From an uncultured Clostridia bacterium (GTDB lineage: Bacteria; Bacillota; Clostridia; Christensenellales; CAG-917), in the NCBI GenBank assembly GCA_944349635.1, contig CALVNH010000001.1, positions 212,385-276,384 on the forward strand: a DNA stretch of 64,000 nt. Reading direction: 5' to 3'. The position numbers were made by a program, and so were the translations under genes. This document shows, one piece after another, positions 8,928 through 20,006 of the stretch. Position 1 is the first letter of the stretch. Each line of letters opens with the position of its first letter. The notes under the pieces are model-generated. The model had not been told where the DNA came from and ran no database searches. It worked only from the letters and a program-made list of their open reading frames with translations.

Positions 8928-8953
8928 CCTGCGCGGCTATGCTGCCGCGCAGG
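8928..8953 (-). other. 10 bp GC-rich hairpin between tuf and rpmG (no U-tract)
   Basis: CCTGCGCGGC, a 6 nt loop, then GCCGCGCAGG. Confidence 0.45.
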
Positions 8954-8976
8954 ATAACGCTAGTTTGAAAGAACAC

Positions 8977-10182
8977 TTACTCGATAATCTTTGCAACGAC
9001 GCCGGAACCGACCGTTCTGCCGCCTTCGCGGATAGCGAAACGGAGACCTTCTTCGATGGCGATGGGGGTGATGAGGGTGATTTCCATATCGATATGGTCA
9101 CCGGGCATAACCATTTCCACGCCGGCGGGAAGTTTGATGGAACCGGTAACGTCGGTCGTTCTGAAATAGAACTGGGGACGATATCCGTCGAAGAAGGGAG
9201 TATGACGTCCGCCTTCTTCTTTGGTCAGGACGTAAACCTGAGCCGTAAAGTGGGTGTGAGGATGAATGGAACCGGGCTTGGCAAGAACCTGTCCGCGTTC
9301 GATTTCGTTTCTCTGAACGCCACGGAGCAACGCACCGATGTTGTCGCCGCCTTCTGCGAAGTCGAGCAGCTTGCGGAACATTTCGATACCGGTAACGGTG
9401 GTTTCGCGTTTTTCATCGGAAAGACCGACGATTTCGACCTTGTCGCCGAGTTTGAGCATACCACGCTCCACTCTGCCGGTTGCAACGGTGCCGCGGCCGG
9501 TGATGGTGAAGACGTCTTCGACAGGCATAAGGAAGGGCTTGTCTGTGTCGCGTTCGGGGTCGGGGATATAGTTGTCAACGGCTTCAAGAAGCTGACGGAT
9601 GCAGTCGAGAGCGGGGTCGTCCCATCTGCCTGCAAGACCGGCTTCCATGGCTTTCAGAGCGGAACCGCGAATGATGGGGGTGTCGTCTCCGGGGAAACCG
9701 TACTCGTTGAGCAGTTCGCGAACTTCCATTTCGACGAGTTCGAGCAGCTCTTCGTCGTCAACCTGGTCGCACTTGTTGAGGAAGACGAGAATGTAAGGAA
9801 CACCGACCTGTCTTGCGAGCAGGATGTGCTCACGGGTCTGAGGCATGGGACCGTCGGAAGCGGCGACGACGAGGATTGCGCCGTCCATCTGTGCAGCACC
9901 GGTAATCATGTTCTTGACGTAGTCGGCGTGGCCGGGGCAGTCAACGTGTGCATAGTGACGCTTGTCGGTTTCATACTCAACGTGTGCGGTGTTGATTGTG
10001 ATTCCTCTTGCTTTCTCTTCGGGCGCTTTGTCGATTTCGTCATACTTCATAACTTGCGCCTTGCCCTTGGACGCGCTGTACATGGTGATAGCAGCGGTAA
10101 GGGTGGTTTTGCCGTGGTCAACGTGGCCGATGGTACCGATGTTGACATGGGGTTTAGTTCTTTCAAACTTCGCTTTTGCCAT
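8977..10182 (-). CDS. tuf: Elongation factor Tu
   Basis: [28 protein letters not shown]... GGAGGAATTCAAA lies upstream of the ATG at 10182. Confidence 0.95.
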   Translation of the reverse strand: MAKAKFERTKPHVNIGTIGHVDHGKTTLTAAITMYSASKGKAQVMKYDEIDKAPEEKARGITINTAHVEYETDKRHYAHVDCPGHADYVKNMITGAAQMDGAILVVAASDGPMPQTREHILLARQVGVPYILVFLNKCDQVDDEELLELVEMEVRELLNEYGFPGDDTPIIRGSALKAMEAGLAGRWDDPALDCIRQLLEAVDNYIPDPERDTDKPFLMPVEDVFTITGRGTVATGRVERGMLKLGDKVEIVGLSDEKRETTVTGIEMFRKLLDFAEGGDNIGALLRGVQRNEIERGQVLAKPGSIHPHTHFTAQVYVLTKEEGGRHTPFFDGYRPQFYFRTTDVTGSIKLPAGVEMVMPGDHIDMEITLITPIAIEEGLRFAIREGGRTVGSGVVAKIIE

Positions 10183-10275
10183 TTTGAATTCCTCCAATTT
10201 TGGTTTTGTTTGAGTTTTGTTTTATTGTTTATCGGAGAATATATAGTGTTACTATTAAAATAACAATATATATTT

Positions 10276-12360
10276 CTACCTTGCGAATTTTCTTCCCGTG
10301 ACCTTCTCGGCAACGGAAAGAGGCACTTCGGCGTAGTGGTCGAACAACATCGTGAACGTTGCTCTTCCCTGCGTCAGACTGCGCAGCGTCGTGGCATAAC
10401 CGAACATTTCGGAGAGCGGCACGTCGCAGTCGATGACCTGCACGCCGTTTTTGATTTCCATGCCGCGGACGGAACCGCGACGGGAATTGAGATTGCTCAT
10501 GACGTCGCCGACATATTCGTCCGGCACGTCGATTTCCACCTTCATGATGGGTTCGAGCAAAATGGGAGCCGCCTTTTCCGCAGCGCTTCTGAACGCCATG
10601 GAACCGGCAATCCTGAACGCCATTTCGGAGCTGTCCACCTCGTGGGTGCTGCCGTCGACCAGTCTGACCTTGAAGTCAACACATTCGTAACCGGCCATGA
10701 CGCCTGCTTTCGCCGCTTCCTGAATGCCCTCGCTGACCGCGTTGGCAAATTCCTTGGGCACGACGCCGCCCACCGTTTCGTTGGAGAACTCGTAACCCTT
10801 GCCGGGATTGGGTTCCAACTCGATGACGCAGTGTCCGTACTGTCCGTGGCCGCCCGTCTGTCTGACGAATCTGCCCTCTGCCTTTGCGGACTTCGTGATT
10901 GTTTCGCGGTAACTCACCTGCGGCTTGCCGACGTTGGCTTCCACCCTGAATTCACGGAACATTCTGTCCACGATGATTTCCAGGTGCAGTTCGCCCATAC
11001 CCGCAATGATAATCTGTCCCGTATCCTTGTCGGTGTACGCCTTGAATGTGGGGTCCTCCTCCTGCAATTTGAGGATTGCCGTGTTCATGCGCTCCTGGCT
11101 GGCTTTGGTCTTGGGCTCGATGGCAACCTTGATGACGGGTTCGGGGAACACCATGTTTTCCAGAACAATCTGGTGCGACTTGTCGCAAAGCGTATCGCCC
11201 GTGGTGCTCTTTTTGAGCCCGACCAGAGCGACTATGTCGCCTGCGCCGGCTTCCGTGAGGTCCTCGCGTTCGTCCGCGTTCATGCGGAGAATTCTGCCGA
11301 TGCGCTCGTTCTCGTTTTTGACGGGATTGAACACCATCATTCCGGTCTTAATCTGTCCGCTGTATATCCTGATGAATGCCAGCTTGCCGACATATTCGTC
11401 CGTCAGAATCTTGAACACGAGAGCGGAAAAATGCTCGTCGTCGCTGGGGTGCCTGACTTCTTCCCTGTCCACGCGGGGGTTCTTTCCCGTAATCGAGGCT
11501 ATGTCGGTAGGTGCGGGCAGAAAGTCCACTATGGCATCGAGCAGACGCTGAATACCCTTGTTGCGGTAGGAACTTCCGCAAAGAACGGGAGTCATGCTCA
11601 TTTCGATTGTGCCCTTGCGGATTGCCTTTATCAGCTCCTCTTCCGTCACGGAATCGGTTTCGTCCGAAATACACTTCTCGAAAATCGCGTCGTCGTAATT
11701 TGCGGCTTCCTCGATGAGGACGGCACGCGCTTTTGCATACGTCTCCTCCATCTCTGCGGGAACTTCGGCTTCCGTCACGGAAATGCCGTTGTCATCGCTG
11801 TTGTAGTAAATGGCTTTGCCGTAAATCAAATCGACGATGCCGCAGAAATCCGATTCTTTTCCGATGGGCAGAACGACGGGTACCGCGTTGGTATGCAGTC
11901 TGTCGTGCATCATTTTGACTACGTTGTCAAAGTTCGCTCCGTTGATGTCCATTTTGTTGACGAACGCGATGCGCGGAACCTTGTAGGTGTTGGCCTGACG
12001 CCACACGTTTTCGGACTGCGGTTCCACGCCGCCTTTGGCGCAGAACACCGCGACCGCTCCGTCCAGCACTCTCAGACTGCGTTCGACTTCAACGGAAAAG
12101 TCGACGTGACCCGGAGTGTCGATGATGTTTATCTGATGGTTTTTCCATACGGTGGTTGTGGCGGCGGAAGTGATGGTTATCCCCCTCTCGCGTTCCTGCA
12201 CCATATAATCCATAACCGCTGCGCCGTCATGCACTTCGCCGAGCTTGCGAATCATACCCGTATAGAAAAGAATACGCTCGGTAGTTGTGGTCTTGCCGGC
12301 GTCTATGTGAGCCATGATGCCGATGTTTCTGACCGAATCTAGTGCAAAGTTGCGCTGCAT
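10276..12360 (-). CDS. fusA: Elongation factor G
   Basis: [35 protein letters not shown]... AGGTGG lies upstream of the ATG at 12360. Confidence 0.95.
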   Translation of the reverse strand: MQRNFALDSVRNIGIMAHIDAGKTTTTERILFYTGMIRKLGEVHDGAAVMDYMVQERERGITITSAATTTVWKNHQINIIDTPGHVDFSVEVERSLRVLDGAVAVFCAKGGVEPQSENVWRQANTYKVPRIAFVNKMDINGANFDNVVKMMHDRLHTNAVPVVLPIGKESDFCGIVDLIYGKAIYYNSDDNGISVTEAEVPAEMEETYAKARAVLIEEAANYDDAIFEKCISDETDSVTEEELIKAIRKGTIEMSMTPVLCGSSYRNKGIQRLLDAIVDFLPAPTDIASITGKNPRVDREEVRHPSDDEHFSALVFKILTDEYVGKLAFIRIYSGQIKTGMMVFNPVKNENERIGRILRMNADEREDLTEAGAGDIVALVGLKKSTTGDTLCDKSHQIVLENMVFPEPVIKVAIEPKTKASQERMNTAILKLQEEDPTFKAYTDKDTGQIIIAGMGELHLEIIVDRMFREFRVEANVGKPQVSYRETITKSAKAEGRFVRQTGGHGQYGHCVIELEPNPGKGYEFSNETVGGVVPKEFANAVSEGIQEAAKAGVMAGYECVDFKVRLVDGSTHEVDSSEMAFRIAGSMAFRSAAEKAAPILLEPIMKVEIDVPDEYVGDVMSNLNSRRGSVRGMEIKNGVQVIDCDVPLSEMFGYATTLRSLTQGRATFTMLFDHYAEVPLSVAEKVTGRKFAR

Positions 12361-12365
12361 AAAGA

Positions 12366-12857
<492 letters not shown>

Positions 12858-12871
12858 TTACATTCGAAAAA

Positions 12872-13243
12872 TTATTTGGGGCGTTTCGCGCCGTACTTGG
12901 ACCTTGCCTGCTTGCGTTTCGCAACGCCTGCCGTATCAAGGGTTCCGCGTATGATGTGATAACGCACACCGGGCAAGTCCCTGACTCTGCCGCCTCTGAT
13001 AAGAACCACGCTGTGCTCTTGCAGATTGTGACCGATGCCGGGGATGTAGATGGTACCTTCCTGACCGTTGACGAGACGAACTCTCGCAATCTTACGGAGT
13101 GCGGAGTTAGGCTTCTTGGGGGAAGTCGTCGTCACGCTGAGACAAATACCGCGTTTCTGGGGGCACTGTCCCATAATAGGGGTCATGGATTTCTTGACCT
13201 GTCTTTCCCTGCCTTTTCTGATAAGCTGATTGATGGTTGGCAT
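12872..13243 (-). CDS. rpsL: 30S ribosomal protein S12
   Basis: [13 protein letters not shown]...[16 protein letters not shown]. Confidence 0.95.
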   Translation of the reverse strand: MPTINQLIRKGRERQVKKSMTPIMGQCPQKRGICLSVTTTSPKKPNSALRKIARVRLVNGQEGTIYIPGIGHNLQEHSVVLIRGGRVRDLPGVRYHIIRGTLDTAGVAKRKQARSKYGAKRPK

Positions 13244-13308
13244 TCTTGTTCCTCCTGTGTTATTTTCGAATGTACCTGCTTCAACCCTAATGCAAGTGCA
13301 ATCAGAAT

Positions 13309-13578
13309 CTAGTCCTCATGCGCCGTGACGCCCACGGCAGCCGCGCCGACCTCGATACCCGCCGCGCGCCCCAGCCATACCATTGAAGGTACCCGCTTTA
13401 TCGGCACCGACGAAATCTCCGCCGCCGAAACTATCCTGTCCGTCAGAACGCAATCGGCATCTTCCGCCACGATGACACACCTCACCGTGCCTTCGGATAA
13501 ACCCCTCAAAACCTGTTTGGAACCGACAAGTTTCGAAGAGACTGCTAGCAAATCGAGTATTTCGTTTTCCTTGCTCAT
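13309..13578 (-). CDS. L7Ae-family ribosome-associated protein (YbxF/RplGB-like)
   Basis: Small protein at the conserved Firmicute position upstream of rpsL: [27 protein letters not shown]... Confidence 0.8.
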   Translation of the reverse strand: MSKENEILDLLAVSSKLVGSKQVLRGLSEGTVRCVIVAEDADCVLTDRIVSAAEISSVPIKRVPSMVWLGRAAGIEVGAAAVGVTAHED

Positions 13579-13622
13579 TTTTTTCTAAGCTAAAAACTGC
13601 TCGCGTTTCCGCAAGCCTAATA

Positions 13623-13651
13623 ATAGTATCAACATTCCACTCCGATGTCAA
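13623..13651 (-). promoter_or_regulatory. SigA-type promoter of the L7Ae-rpsL-rpsG-fusA-tuf unit
   Basis: Minus strand reads TTGACA, a 17 nt spacer, then TACTAT, with an AT-rich UP-like tract upstream (about 13672-13705). The predicted transcript begins with hairpin GCTTGCG-GAAA-CGCGAGC followed by AGTTTTT (13599-13616). Confidence 0.65.
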
Positions 13652-13836
13652 ACGAAATGAACCCGTTTCAGAAAAAAAATTATTATAAATAATATATAAC
13701 AAGATGTAGTGTCGCAAGCGCCCGCACAAGCACAACGCGCACGTAAACCGCCTCGGATTTTTCTCTGCGCGCTTCCCTTCCGCCGCTTGCCGCGCAACTG
13801 CCCTGTGCGGGAGTCGGCACGCTCAGGCTCCGCGCC

Positions 13837-14838
13837 TCAAAGCCTTACCGTGGCTTTTGCGTCAAGGTCTAACCCCGCGGGAGAGGCACCGCTTTGTACG
13901 GCAAAATATGCCTCCGCGCCTATCATTGCGGCGTTGTCCGTGCAGTAACGCAGCGGCGGATAATGCACTTCCCAACCCCGCGTCTTTTCCGCTTCGTCGA
14001 AACGGGCGCGCAAGAGCGCGTTCGCGCTCACTCCGCCCGCAACGGCAACCTTTTTCATTCCCGTTCTCCCGACGGCGCATTCCGCTGCGTGGAAAAGCTG
14101 GTCCACCGCGCACTCCTGAAATGAGCATGCCACGTCGGCTTTGGGGATTTCTTCTCCGCGTTGTTCCAGGTTGTGGACAAGGTTTATCACAAACGTCTTC
14201 AACCCGCTGTAAGAAAAGAAGATTGCCTCGTCGGATTTGAACACGGGGCGCGGCATTTTGAAAACGGGCTTTCCCTGCAACGCCAGTTTCTGAATCTCCG
14301 GTCCGCCCGGGTACGGCAACCCCAGAACACGCGCCACTTTGTCGAAGGCTTCTCCCGCGGCGTCGTCGCGAGATTGTCCAAGCAAAGTCACTGTGGAGTA
14401 ATCTTCCACTTTCAAAACTGCGGTGTGTCCGCCGCTTGCGAGCAAACAGACGTAAGGAGGTTCGAGGTCGCTGTCGATATAATTCGCGGCGATATGTCCA
14501 CGCACATGCGAAACGGCGTATAGCGGCTTCCCCCACGCATAAGCCAACGCCTTGGCATAGTTTACCCCGACGAGCAACGCGCCGAGAAGTCCCGCGCCGT
14601 AAGTCACGGCAACCGCGTCGATGTCGTCTTCGGTGCAGTTCGCCTCGTCCAGCGCCTGCCTGACCACGTTTTCGATTGCAAGGATGTGATTGCGGCTTGC
14701 GATTTCGGGAACGACTCCGCCGAACCTGCGGTGAATTTCTATCTGCGACGCAACGGCGTTCGACAAAACCCGCCGTCCGTTTTCGACGACTGCCGCCGCT
14801 GTTTCGTCACAACTGCTTTCAATGGCCAAAATCTTCAT
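13837..14838 (-). CDS. tsaD: tRNA N6-adenosine threonylcarbamoyltransferase TsaD
   Basis: The start is at an internal ATG (MKILAIESSCDETAAAVV...). Also contains HxxxH-type GHIAANY. Confidence 0.9.
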   Translation of the reverse strand: MKILAIESSCDETAAAVVENGRRVLSNAVASQIEIHRRFGGVVPEIASRNHILAIENVVRQALDEANCTEDDIDAVAVTYGAGLLGALLVGVNYAKALAYAWGKPLYAVSHVRGHIAANYIDSDLEPPYVCLLASGGHTAVLKVEDYSTVTLLGQSRDDAAGEAFDKVARVLGLPYPGGPEIQKLALQGKPVFKMPRPVFKSDEAIFFSYSGLKTFVINLVHNLEQRGEEIPKADVACSFQECAVDQLFHAAECAVGRTGMKKVAVAGGVSANALLRARFDEAEKTRGWEVHYPPLRYCTDNAAMIGAEAYFAVQSGASPAGLDLDAKATVRL

Positions 14839-14946
14839 TTTCGATATTCTAAACGCGTATTTTCTCCGTTTCGACAGTGATTTTGTCATAGAGAGCGCAC
14901 GTCTCTTCCACCGTTTCCCTGTTTATCTAAAACATTTTTCCGTTGT

Positions 14947-15057
14947 CTGTGACGACGCGCGGTGAGCGCAAGGAACGGAGTCCGACCGAAAAGAATTCCT
15001 TCGGAATTGTTTTCGCGTTTGGTCGGAGTTTCTTCGAACGTCGCCACCTACTCCGAC
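14947..15057. repeat. 111 bp direct repeat, copy 1
   Basis: Matches 15131-15241 with 3 mismatches (all within TTTCTTCGAACGTCGCC vs TTTCTCCGAATGCCGCC). The offset is 184 bp. Confidence 0.9.
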
Positions 15058-15130
15058 AGAAGCGTTTGCATTTTGTGTTTTATTCTATACTCATGCACTT
15101 GTGAAGAGCCGCCTCGAACAAGTGCGCCCG

Positions 15131-15241
15131 CTGTGACGACGCGCGGTGAGCGCAAGGAACGGAGTCCGACCGAAAAGAATTCCTTCGGAATTGTTTTCGC
15201 GTTTGGTCGGAGTTTCTCCGAATGCCGCCACCTACTCCGAC
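15131..15241. repeat. 111 bp direct repeat, copy 2
   Basis: See copy 1. Confidence 0.9.
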
Positions 15242-15312
15242 GTGAGCATATCTGACACGCGTGACCGTTTACGGATTGTGTGTCTGACGCGGTGTTACGC
15301 CCGGTAGCACGC

Positions 15313-16419
15313 TCAGCCGCGAGAGGACATCTTCAGATACTCGTTGATGAATCCTTCGAGGTCGCCGTCCATTACGGCTTGCACGTTGCCGGTTTCGTAA
15401 CCTGTGCGATGGTCTTTCACCATCGTATAAGGGCAGAAAACATAGCTTCTTATCTGACTGCCCCATTCGATTTTTTTGAGCTGACCGGAGATTGCCGCCG
15501 CCTCTTCTTCGCGCTCACGCTCACGCTTTTCAATCAGTTTGCTGCGCAGCATCTGCATGGCGACTTCGCGGTTCTGAATCTGGCTGCGTTCGTTCTGACA
15601 GGCAACGATTATACCCGTGGGCAGATGAGTGATGCGGATTGCGGATTCCGTCTTGTTGACGTGCTGTCCGCCCGCACCGCTGCTGCGATAGGTATCTACT
15701 TTGAGGTCCTCGGGACGAATTTCGATTTCGGACGTATCGATTATTTCGGGCATGACTTCGAGAGACGCAAAGGAAGTGTGTCTGCGCGCCTGACTGTCGA
15801 AAGGCGAAATCCTGACCAGACGGTGCACGCCCTTTTCTGCTTTGAGATAGCCGTAAGCGTTGTCGCCTTCCACGCGGAAAGTGACGCTTTTGAGCCCCGC
15901 CTCGTCGCCCGCCAGGCTGTCGAGTTCGGTATAACTCCAACCCGACCGCTCCACAAAACGCGTGTACATTCTGTACAGCATTTCGCACCAGTCCTGCGCC
16001 TCGGTTCCGCCAGCACCGGCGTGCAACGTGAGAATGGCGTTCAGCGAATCGTACTTGCCCGAAAGCAACGTGGACAACGTGAGCTTCTCCACTTCTTCCG
16101 AAAGCGTCGCGATGTGTTTGACGAGAGCTTCGTCCTCTTCTTCGCTGTTTTCGAGTTCGACGATGTCCACCGTGTCGAGAGCGTCGTCCAGCTCTCCCAG
16201 CAATTTCTCGAACTTGCCGAGTTTGCTCGTCAACTGACTGATTTCCTTGGAAACCTTCTGAGCGTTCTCAACGTCGTTCCAAAAGCCTTCCGCGTTCTGC
16301 TCTTTTTCGAGTTCGGCAATGCGCGCGCGCAATTTTTCGGGGTTTATCCCCTCGAAAGCGTGCGTCAACTCCGTTTTCAGCGATTTGATTTCGTTTCGTT
16401 TGTCCTGATAATCCAGCAT
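15313..16419 (-). CDS. prfB: Peptide chain release factor 2 (single uninterrupted frame)
   Basis: Contains SPF (RISPFDSQARRHTSFA) and GGQ (SSGAGGQHVNKTESA) motifs. The 368 aa frame includes the N-terminal 25 aa that are normally upstream of the +1 frameshift. Confidence 0.9.
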   Translation of the reverse strand: MLDYQDKRNEIKSLKTELTHAFEGINPEKLRARIAELEKEQNAEGFWNDVENAQKVSKEISQLTSKLGKFEKLLGELDDALDTVDIVELENSEEEDEALVKHIATLSEEVEKLTLSTLLSGKYDSLNAILTLHAGAGGTEAQDWCEMLYRMYTRFVERSGWSYTELDSLAGDEAGLKSVTFRVEGDNAYGYLKAEKGVHRLVRISPFDSQARRHTSFASLEVMPEIIDTSEIEIRPEDLKVDTYRSSGAGGQHVNKTESAIRITHLPTGIIVACQNERSQIQNREVAMQMLRSKLIEKREREREEEAAAISGQLKKIEWGSQIRSYVFCPYTMVKDHRTGYETGNVQAVMDGDLEGFINEYLKMSSRG

Positions 16420-16420
16420 A

Positions 16421-19081
16421 TTATTTCCCGCAACAGTTTTTGTATTTCTTCCCGCTACCGCAGGGACAAGGGTCGTTTCTGCCGACTTTCACATCGCTGT
16501 TGACCATGTTCTTTCTGGTTGCCGCTATGCTCTGCGACAGCGACGCCTGCTGTCCTTCGCGCTTTTCGACACGCACTTTGAGCAGAATGTTTGCCGTTTC
16601 CGAATGAATGCGGGACACCATGTCCTCAAACATCTCCCACCCTTCCTGACGGTATGCCACGACGGGGTCTCTCTGCCCATAACCGCGCAGTCCTATGCCG
16701 CGGCGCAGAGAATCCATGGCGTCGATATGGTCCACCCACTTTCTGTCGACGGTGCGCAAAAGCACGGTTCTTTCCAGGTCGCCGGGGTCGAGTTCAAGCT
16801 CGTTGCGCAACATGTCCAGTTTCTTCTCGTATTCGTCCACGGCGATTTTGAGCACGGCGTCTTTGAGCTTGTACACGTCGTAACAAGAACACAGTTCCGG
16901 CGTCATAAGGTTGGTTCCCTCCGGCAACATGCGCTGTTCCAGTGAATGGTTGAAAGCCTCGTAGTCCCAGGTGTTGTAGTCCACTTTATAATCCGCGTAG
17001 TAGCCGATGATTTCTTCCGCGAGGTCGCCTATCATTTCCAGCACCTGGTCGTGAACGTCAAGTCCGTCCAAAACCTTTCCGCGTTCTTTGTAAATGAGTT
17101 CGCGCTGGGCGTTCATGACGTCGTCGTAACTCAGAACCTGCTTTCTCACGGAGAAGTGTCTGCTCTCCACCATTCTCTGTGCGCGTTCGATTTGCTTGCT
17201 GATAATGGCGTTTGATATGGGTTCGTCCTCGGACGCGTGCAACGAATCGGCGATTGCCTTGATTTTGTCGCCTCCGAAAATTCTCGCTATGTCGTCCTGC
17301 AACGAAATGTAAAACACCGTGCTTCCCGGGTCTCCCTGACGTCCGCTTCTGCCTCGCAACTGGTTGTCGATACGCCTGCTCTCGTGCCTTTCCGTGCCGA
17401 TGACACGCAGACCGCCCAATTCGAGAACTTTTTGTTTGTTTTCCTCGCAGACTTCCTTGAACGCGTCGTAATGGTGACGGAAGACCTCTTTCGCTTCCTT
17501 TACACCCTCATCGTCGAACTCGTGGGGAGAAGTCGCCATTTCTATGACTTCGGGAGCGTAACCGTCACGCTCCATTTTTTCCTTTGCCTGATACTCCGCG
17601 TTACCGCCCAAAACGATGTCGGTGCCTCGTCCCGCCATATTGGTGGCAATCGTCACGGCGCCGAGTTTGCCCGCCTGCGCGATGATTTCGGCTTCTTGTT
17701 TATGATGTTTCGCGTTGAGGACGTTGTGTCTTATGCCCTTTTGTTTGAGAAGTTTGCTGAGCTCTTCCGATTTCTCTACGCTCACGGTGCCCACCAGCAC
17801 GGGCTGTCCTTTTGACGCGCATTCCGCAATGTCCGCAACGACGGCGCGGTTCTTGCCCTCCACGGTGGTGTAAATCTTGTCGTTCTCGTCTCTCCTCATG
17901 GACGGTTTGTTCGGCGGAATGGTAACGACGTCCAGAGAATATATGTCCTTGAATTCGTCCTCTTCCGTCTTTGCGGTGCCCGTCATACCCGAGAGCTTTT
18001 TGTACATTCTGAAATAGTTTTGGAAGGTGATTGTGGCAAGAGTTCTGTTTTCACCCTTAATCGCGACGTGCTCTTTCGCCTCTATTGCCTGATGCAGCCC
18101 TTCGCTGTAACGGCGGCCTATCATGATGCGCCCCGTGAACTCGTCGACGATGAGAATCTCACCGTCGGACACAATGTAATCGCGGTCCTTTTTCATCATC
18201 ACGTGCGCCTTCAACGCCTGCTGAATGTGATGATAGAGTTCCGTGTTTTCAAGGTCGGTGAGGTTCACCACGTGGAAATAGCGCTCGGCTTTTGCAATGC
18301 CGTCGTCGGTGAGCATGACCGTCTTTTCCTTTTCTTCCACGGTGAAATCGTTTTCTTCGCGCAGAGTTCTCGCAAATGCGTCTGCCCGTTTGTAGAGGTC
18401 GTTGGATTTTCCGCTTGCGCCCGAAATAATGAGAGGAGTTCGCGCCTCGTCGATGAGAATGGAGTCCACTTCGTCGATGATGGCGAAATTCAGCTCGCGC
18501 ATGACCTTGAATTGCTTTTTGACGACCATATTGTCGCGCAGGAAATCAAAGCCCAACTCGTTGTTGGTGGCGTACGTTATGTCGCACAGATACGCCTTCA
18601 CCTTGTCTTCGGGCTTCATCTGCGCCGTGACCACGCCAACGGTAAGTCCCAGGAAGCGGTGCACCTTGCCCATCCACAGCGCGTCGCGCTGAGCGAGATA
18701 ATCGTTGACGGTGACAACGTGCACGCCTTTGCCTTCCAACGCGTTGAGATAGGACGGCATGGTGGCGACAAGAGTCTTGCCTTCGCCCGTGCCCATCTCG
18801 GCGATTCTGCCCTGATGAAGAGCGACGGCACCCATGACCTGGACATAGAACGGGCGCATTCCCAAAACCCTGTCCGACGCCTCTCTCACGACCGCGAAAG
18901 CGTCGGGGAGAATGTCGTCCGTCGTCTTGCCGCTTGCGAGTTCGGCTTTTAACGCGTCCGTGACGGCTCTGAGTTCGTCGTCGGACATTGCGGAATATTT
19001 CGGCGCCAGCTTCTCGACCTCGTCTGCGATTTTACGGAGCTTGCGCAATTTTCTTTCGTTTTCGTTGAAAATGGAAAACAT
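16421..19081 (-). CDS. secA: Preprotein translocase ATPase SecA
   Basis: MFSIFNENERKLRKLRKIADEV... The C-terminal zinc motif is CPCGSGKKYKNCCGK. The start was chosen at the ATG with AAGGA upstream. Confidence 0.95.
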   Translation of the reverse strand: MFSIFNENERKLRKLRKIADEVEKLAPKYSAMSDDELRAVTDALKAELASGKTTDDILPDAFAVVREASDRVLGMRPFYVQVMGAVALHQGRIAEMGTGEGKTLVATMPSYLNALEGKGVHVVTVNDYLAQRDALWMGKVHRFLGLTVGVVTAQMKPEDKVKAYLCDITYATNNELGFDFLRDNMVVKKQFKVMRELNFAIIDEVDSILIDEARTPLIISGASGKSNDLYKRADAFARTLREENDFTVEEKEKTVMLTDDGIAKAERYFHVVNLTDLENTELYHHIQQALKAHVMMKKDRDYIVSDGEILIVDEFTGRIMIGRRYSEGLHQAIEAKEHVAIKGENRTLATITFQNYFRMYKKLSGMTGTAKTEEDEFKDIYSLDVVTIPPNKPSMRRDENDKIYTTVEGKNRAVVADIAECASKGQPVLVGTVSVEKSEELSKLLKQKGIRHNVLNAKHHKQEAEIIAQAGKLGAVTIATNMAGRGTDIVLGGNAEYQAKEKMERDGYAPEVIEMATSPHEFDDEGVKEAKEVFRHHYDAFKEVCEENKQKVLELGGLRVIGTERHESRRIDNQLRGRSGRQGDPGSTVFYISLQDDIARIFGGDKIKAIADSLHASEDEPISNAIISKQIERAQRMVESRHFSVRKQVLSYDDVMNAQRELIYKERGKVLDGLDVHDQVLEMIGDLAEEIIGYYADYKVDYNTWDYEAFNHSLEQRMLPEGTNLMTPELCSCYDVYKLKDAVLKIAVDEYEKKLDMLRNELELDPGDLERTVLLRTVDRKWVDHIDAMDSLRRGIGLRGYGQRDPVVAYRQEGWEMFEDMVSRIHSETANILLKVRVEKREGQQASLSQSIAATRKNMVNSDVKVGRNDPCPCGSGKKYKNCCGK

Positions 19082-19144
19082 ATTACGTCCTTTCGGGTAT
19101 GTGCGCACGCAGCGCGCGTACCGCGGTGAATTGTCTTATTTAGA

Positions 19145-19173
19145 ATAATATAACTTTTTCCGCCCTTTGGCAA
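19145..19173 (-). promoter_or_regulatory. Candidate promoter for secA-prfB
   Basis: Minus strand reads TTGCCA, a 17 nt spacer, then TATTAT. Confidence 0.4.
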
Positions 19174-19211
19174 TCACATTGACGGGCGGAAACCGTTTTA
19201 CGCATTCGCAG

Positions 19212-20003
19212 TCAGCTCTTCTCCGCGGGCTTTGCCACCGCCGCCGTGAGAACGCAAACTTCTTTAACTTTGTTTTTCAGCAGAACGGAAGCGCATTCGT
19301 TTGCCGTCGCACCCGTGGTGAACACGTCGTCCACCAGCAGAATTTTTCTTCCCTTGATATATTCTCCGTACGCCGCCGAAAAACACCCTTTCAGGTTTTC
19401 GGCTCTCTCCTTTGCGGAAAGTTCTTTCTGCGGAAGGCTCTCCTTTATCTTCTCCAATGCCGGCAGCACGGGCAATTCAAGCCTTGCGCCCACTTCGCGG
19501 GCAAGCAGTTCCGCCTGATTGAAACCGCGGGCGGACTTTTCCTTTGCCGTCATGGGCACGAACACTATTATTTCGCTGTCGCCTCCGCGGGAAAGATAGT
19601 CGTCGCTCATCATGGCTCCGAGCAGTTTCGCAATATACTTTTTCTTTCCGAATTTCAAATCGAGAATGAGCTGTTTCGCCGCACCCTCGTAAACGAGGGG
19701 CGAACGGTTGTGCCTGAACACGCTGTCCGTGCGCTGACACCTGAGGCAATAATCCGCTTCGTCCGTATGCGGCGCCCCGCAGCAAAGACATACGCGTTCT
19801 CCGGTAAACGGCATTTCCGAAAGACAACGGGCGCAGAGATTGTACCTCGTGTCCGCAACAAGTTCCGCACCGCAAAGGTCGCAGGTAACGTCGGGCGGAT
19901 ACACGGCGCGCCCGAAAGCCCTGCCCAGTCTGCCGAAAGCGCCCGCGATGCGGGAGCGCAACGCTCCCTCTCCGTCTCTTTTCCCGTGTCTTTTCATTCT
20001 CAC
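19212..20003 (-). CDS. comFC: ComF family protein (ComFC-like phosphoribosyltransferase with N-terminal Cys4 finger)
   Basis: CDLCG...CARC...CLCCG...CLRC, then a PRTase loop ILLVDDVFTTGAT. Confidence 0.75.
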   Translation of the reverse strand: MRMKRHGKRDGEGALRSRIAGAFGRLGRAFGRAVYPPDVTCDLCGAELVADTRYNLCARCLSEMPFTGERVCLCCGAPHTDEADYCLRCQRTDSVFRHNRSPLVYEGAAKQLILDLKFGKKKYIAKLLGAMMSDDYLSRGGDSEIIVFVPMTAKEKSARGFNQAELLAREVGARLELPVLPALEKIKESLPQKELSAKERAENLKGCFSAAYGEYIKGRKILLVDDVFTTGATANECASVLLKNKVKEVCVLTAAVAKPAEKS

Positions 20004-20006
20004 CCG

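Noticed and set aside
14947-15241. Possible CRISPR array, considered here and also for the repeats at 61164-61487.
   Set aside because: Each case has only two copies. The units are 106-111 bp, far longer than CRISPR repeats, and there are no cas genes in the window.
14962-15255. A 97 aa plus-strand ORF spanning both 111 bp repeats.
   Set aside because: The repeat period is 184 bp, not a multiple of 3, so the two identical DNA copies are read in different frames. There is no RBS. The repeats are non-coding.
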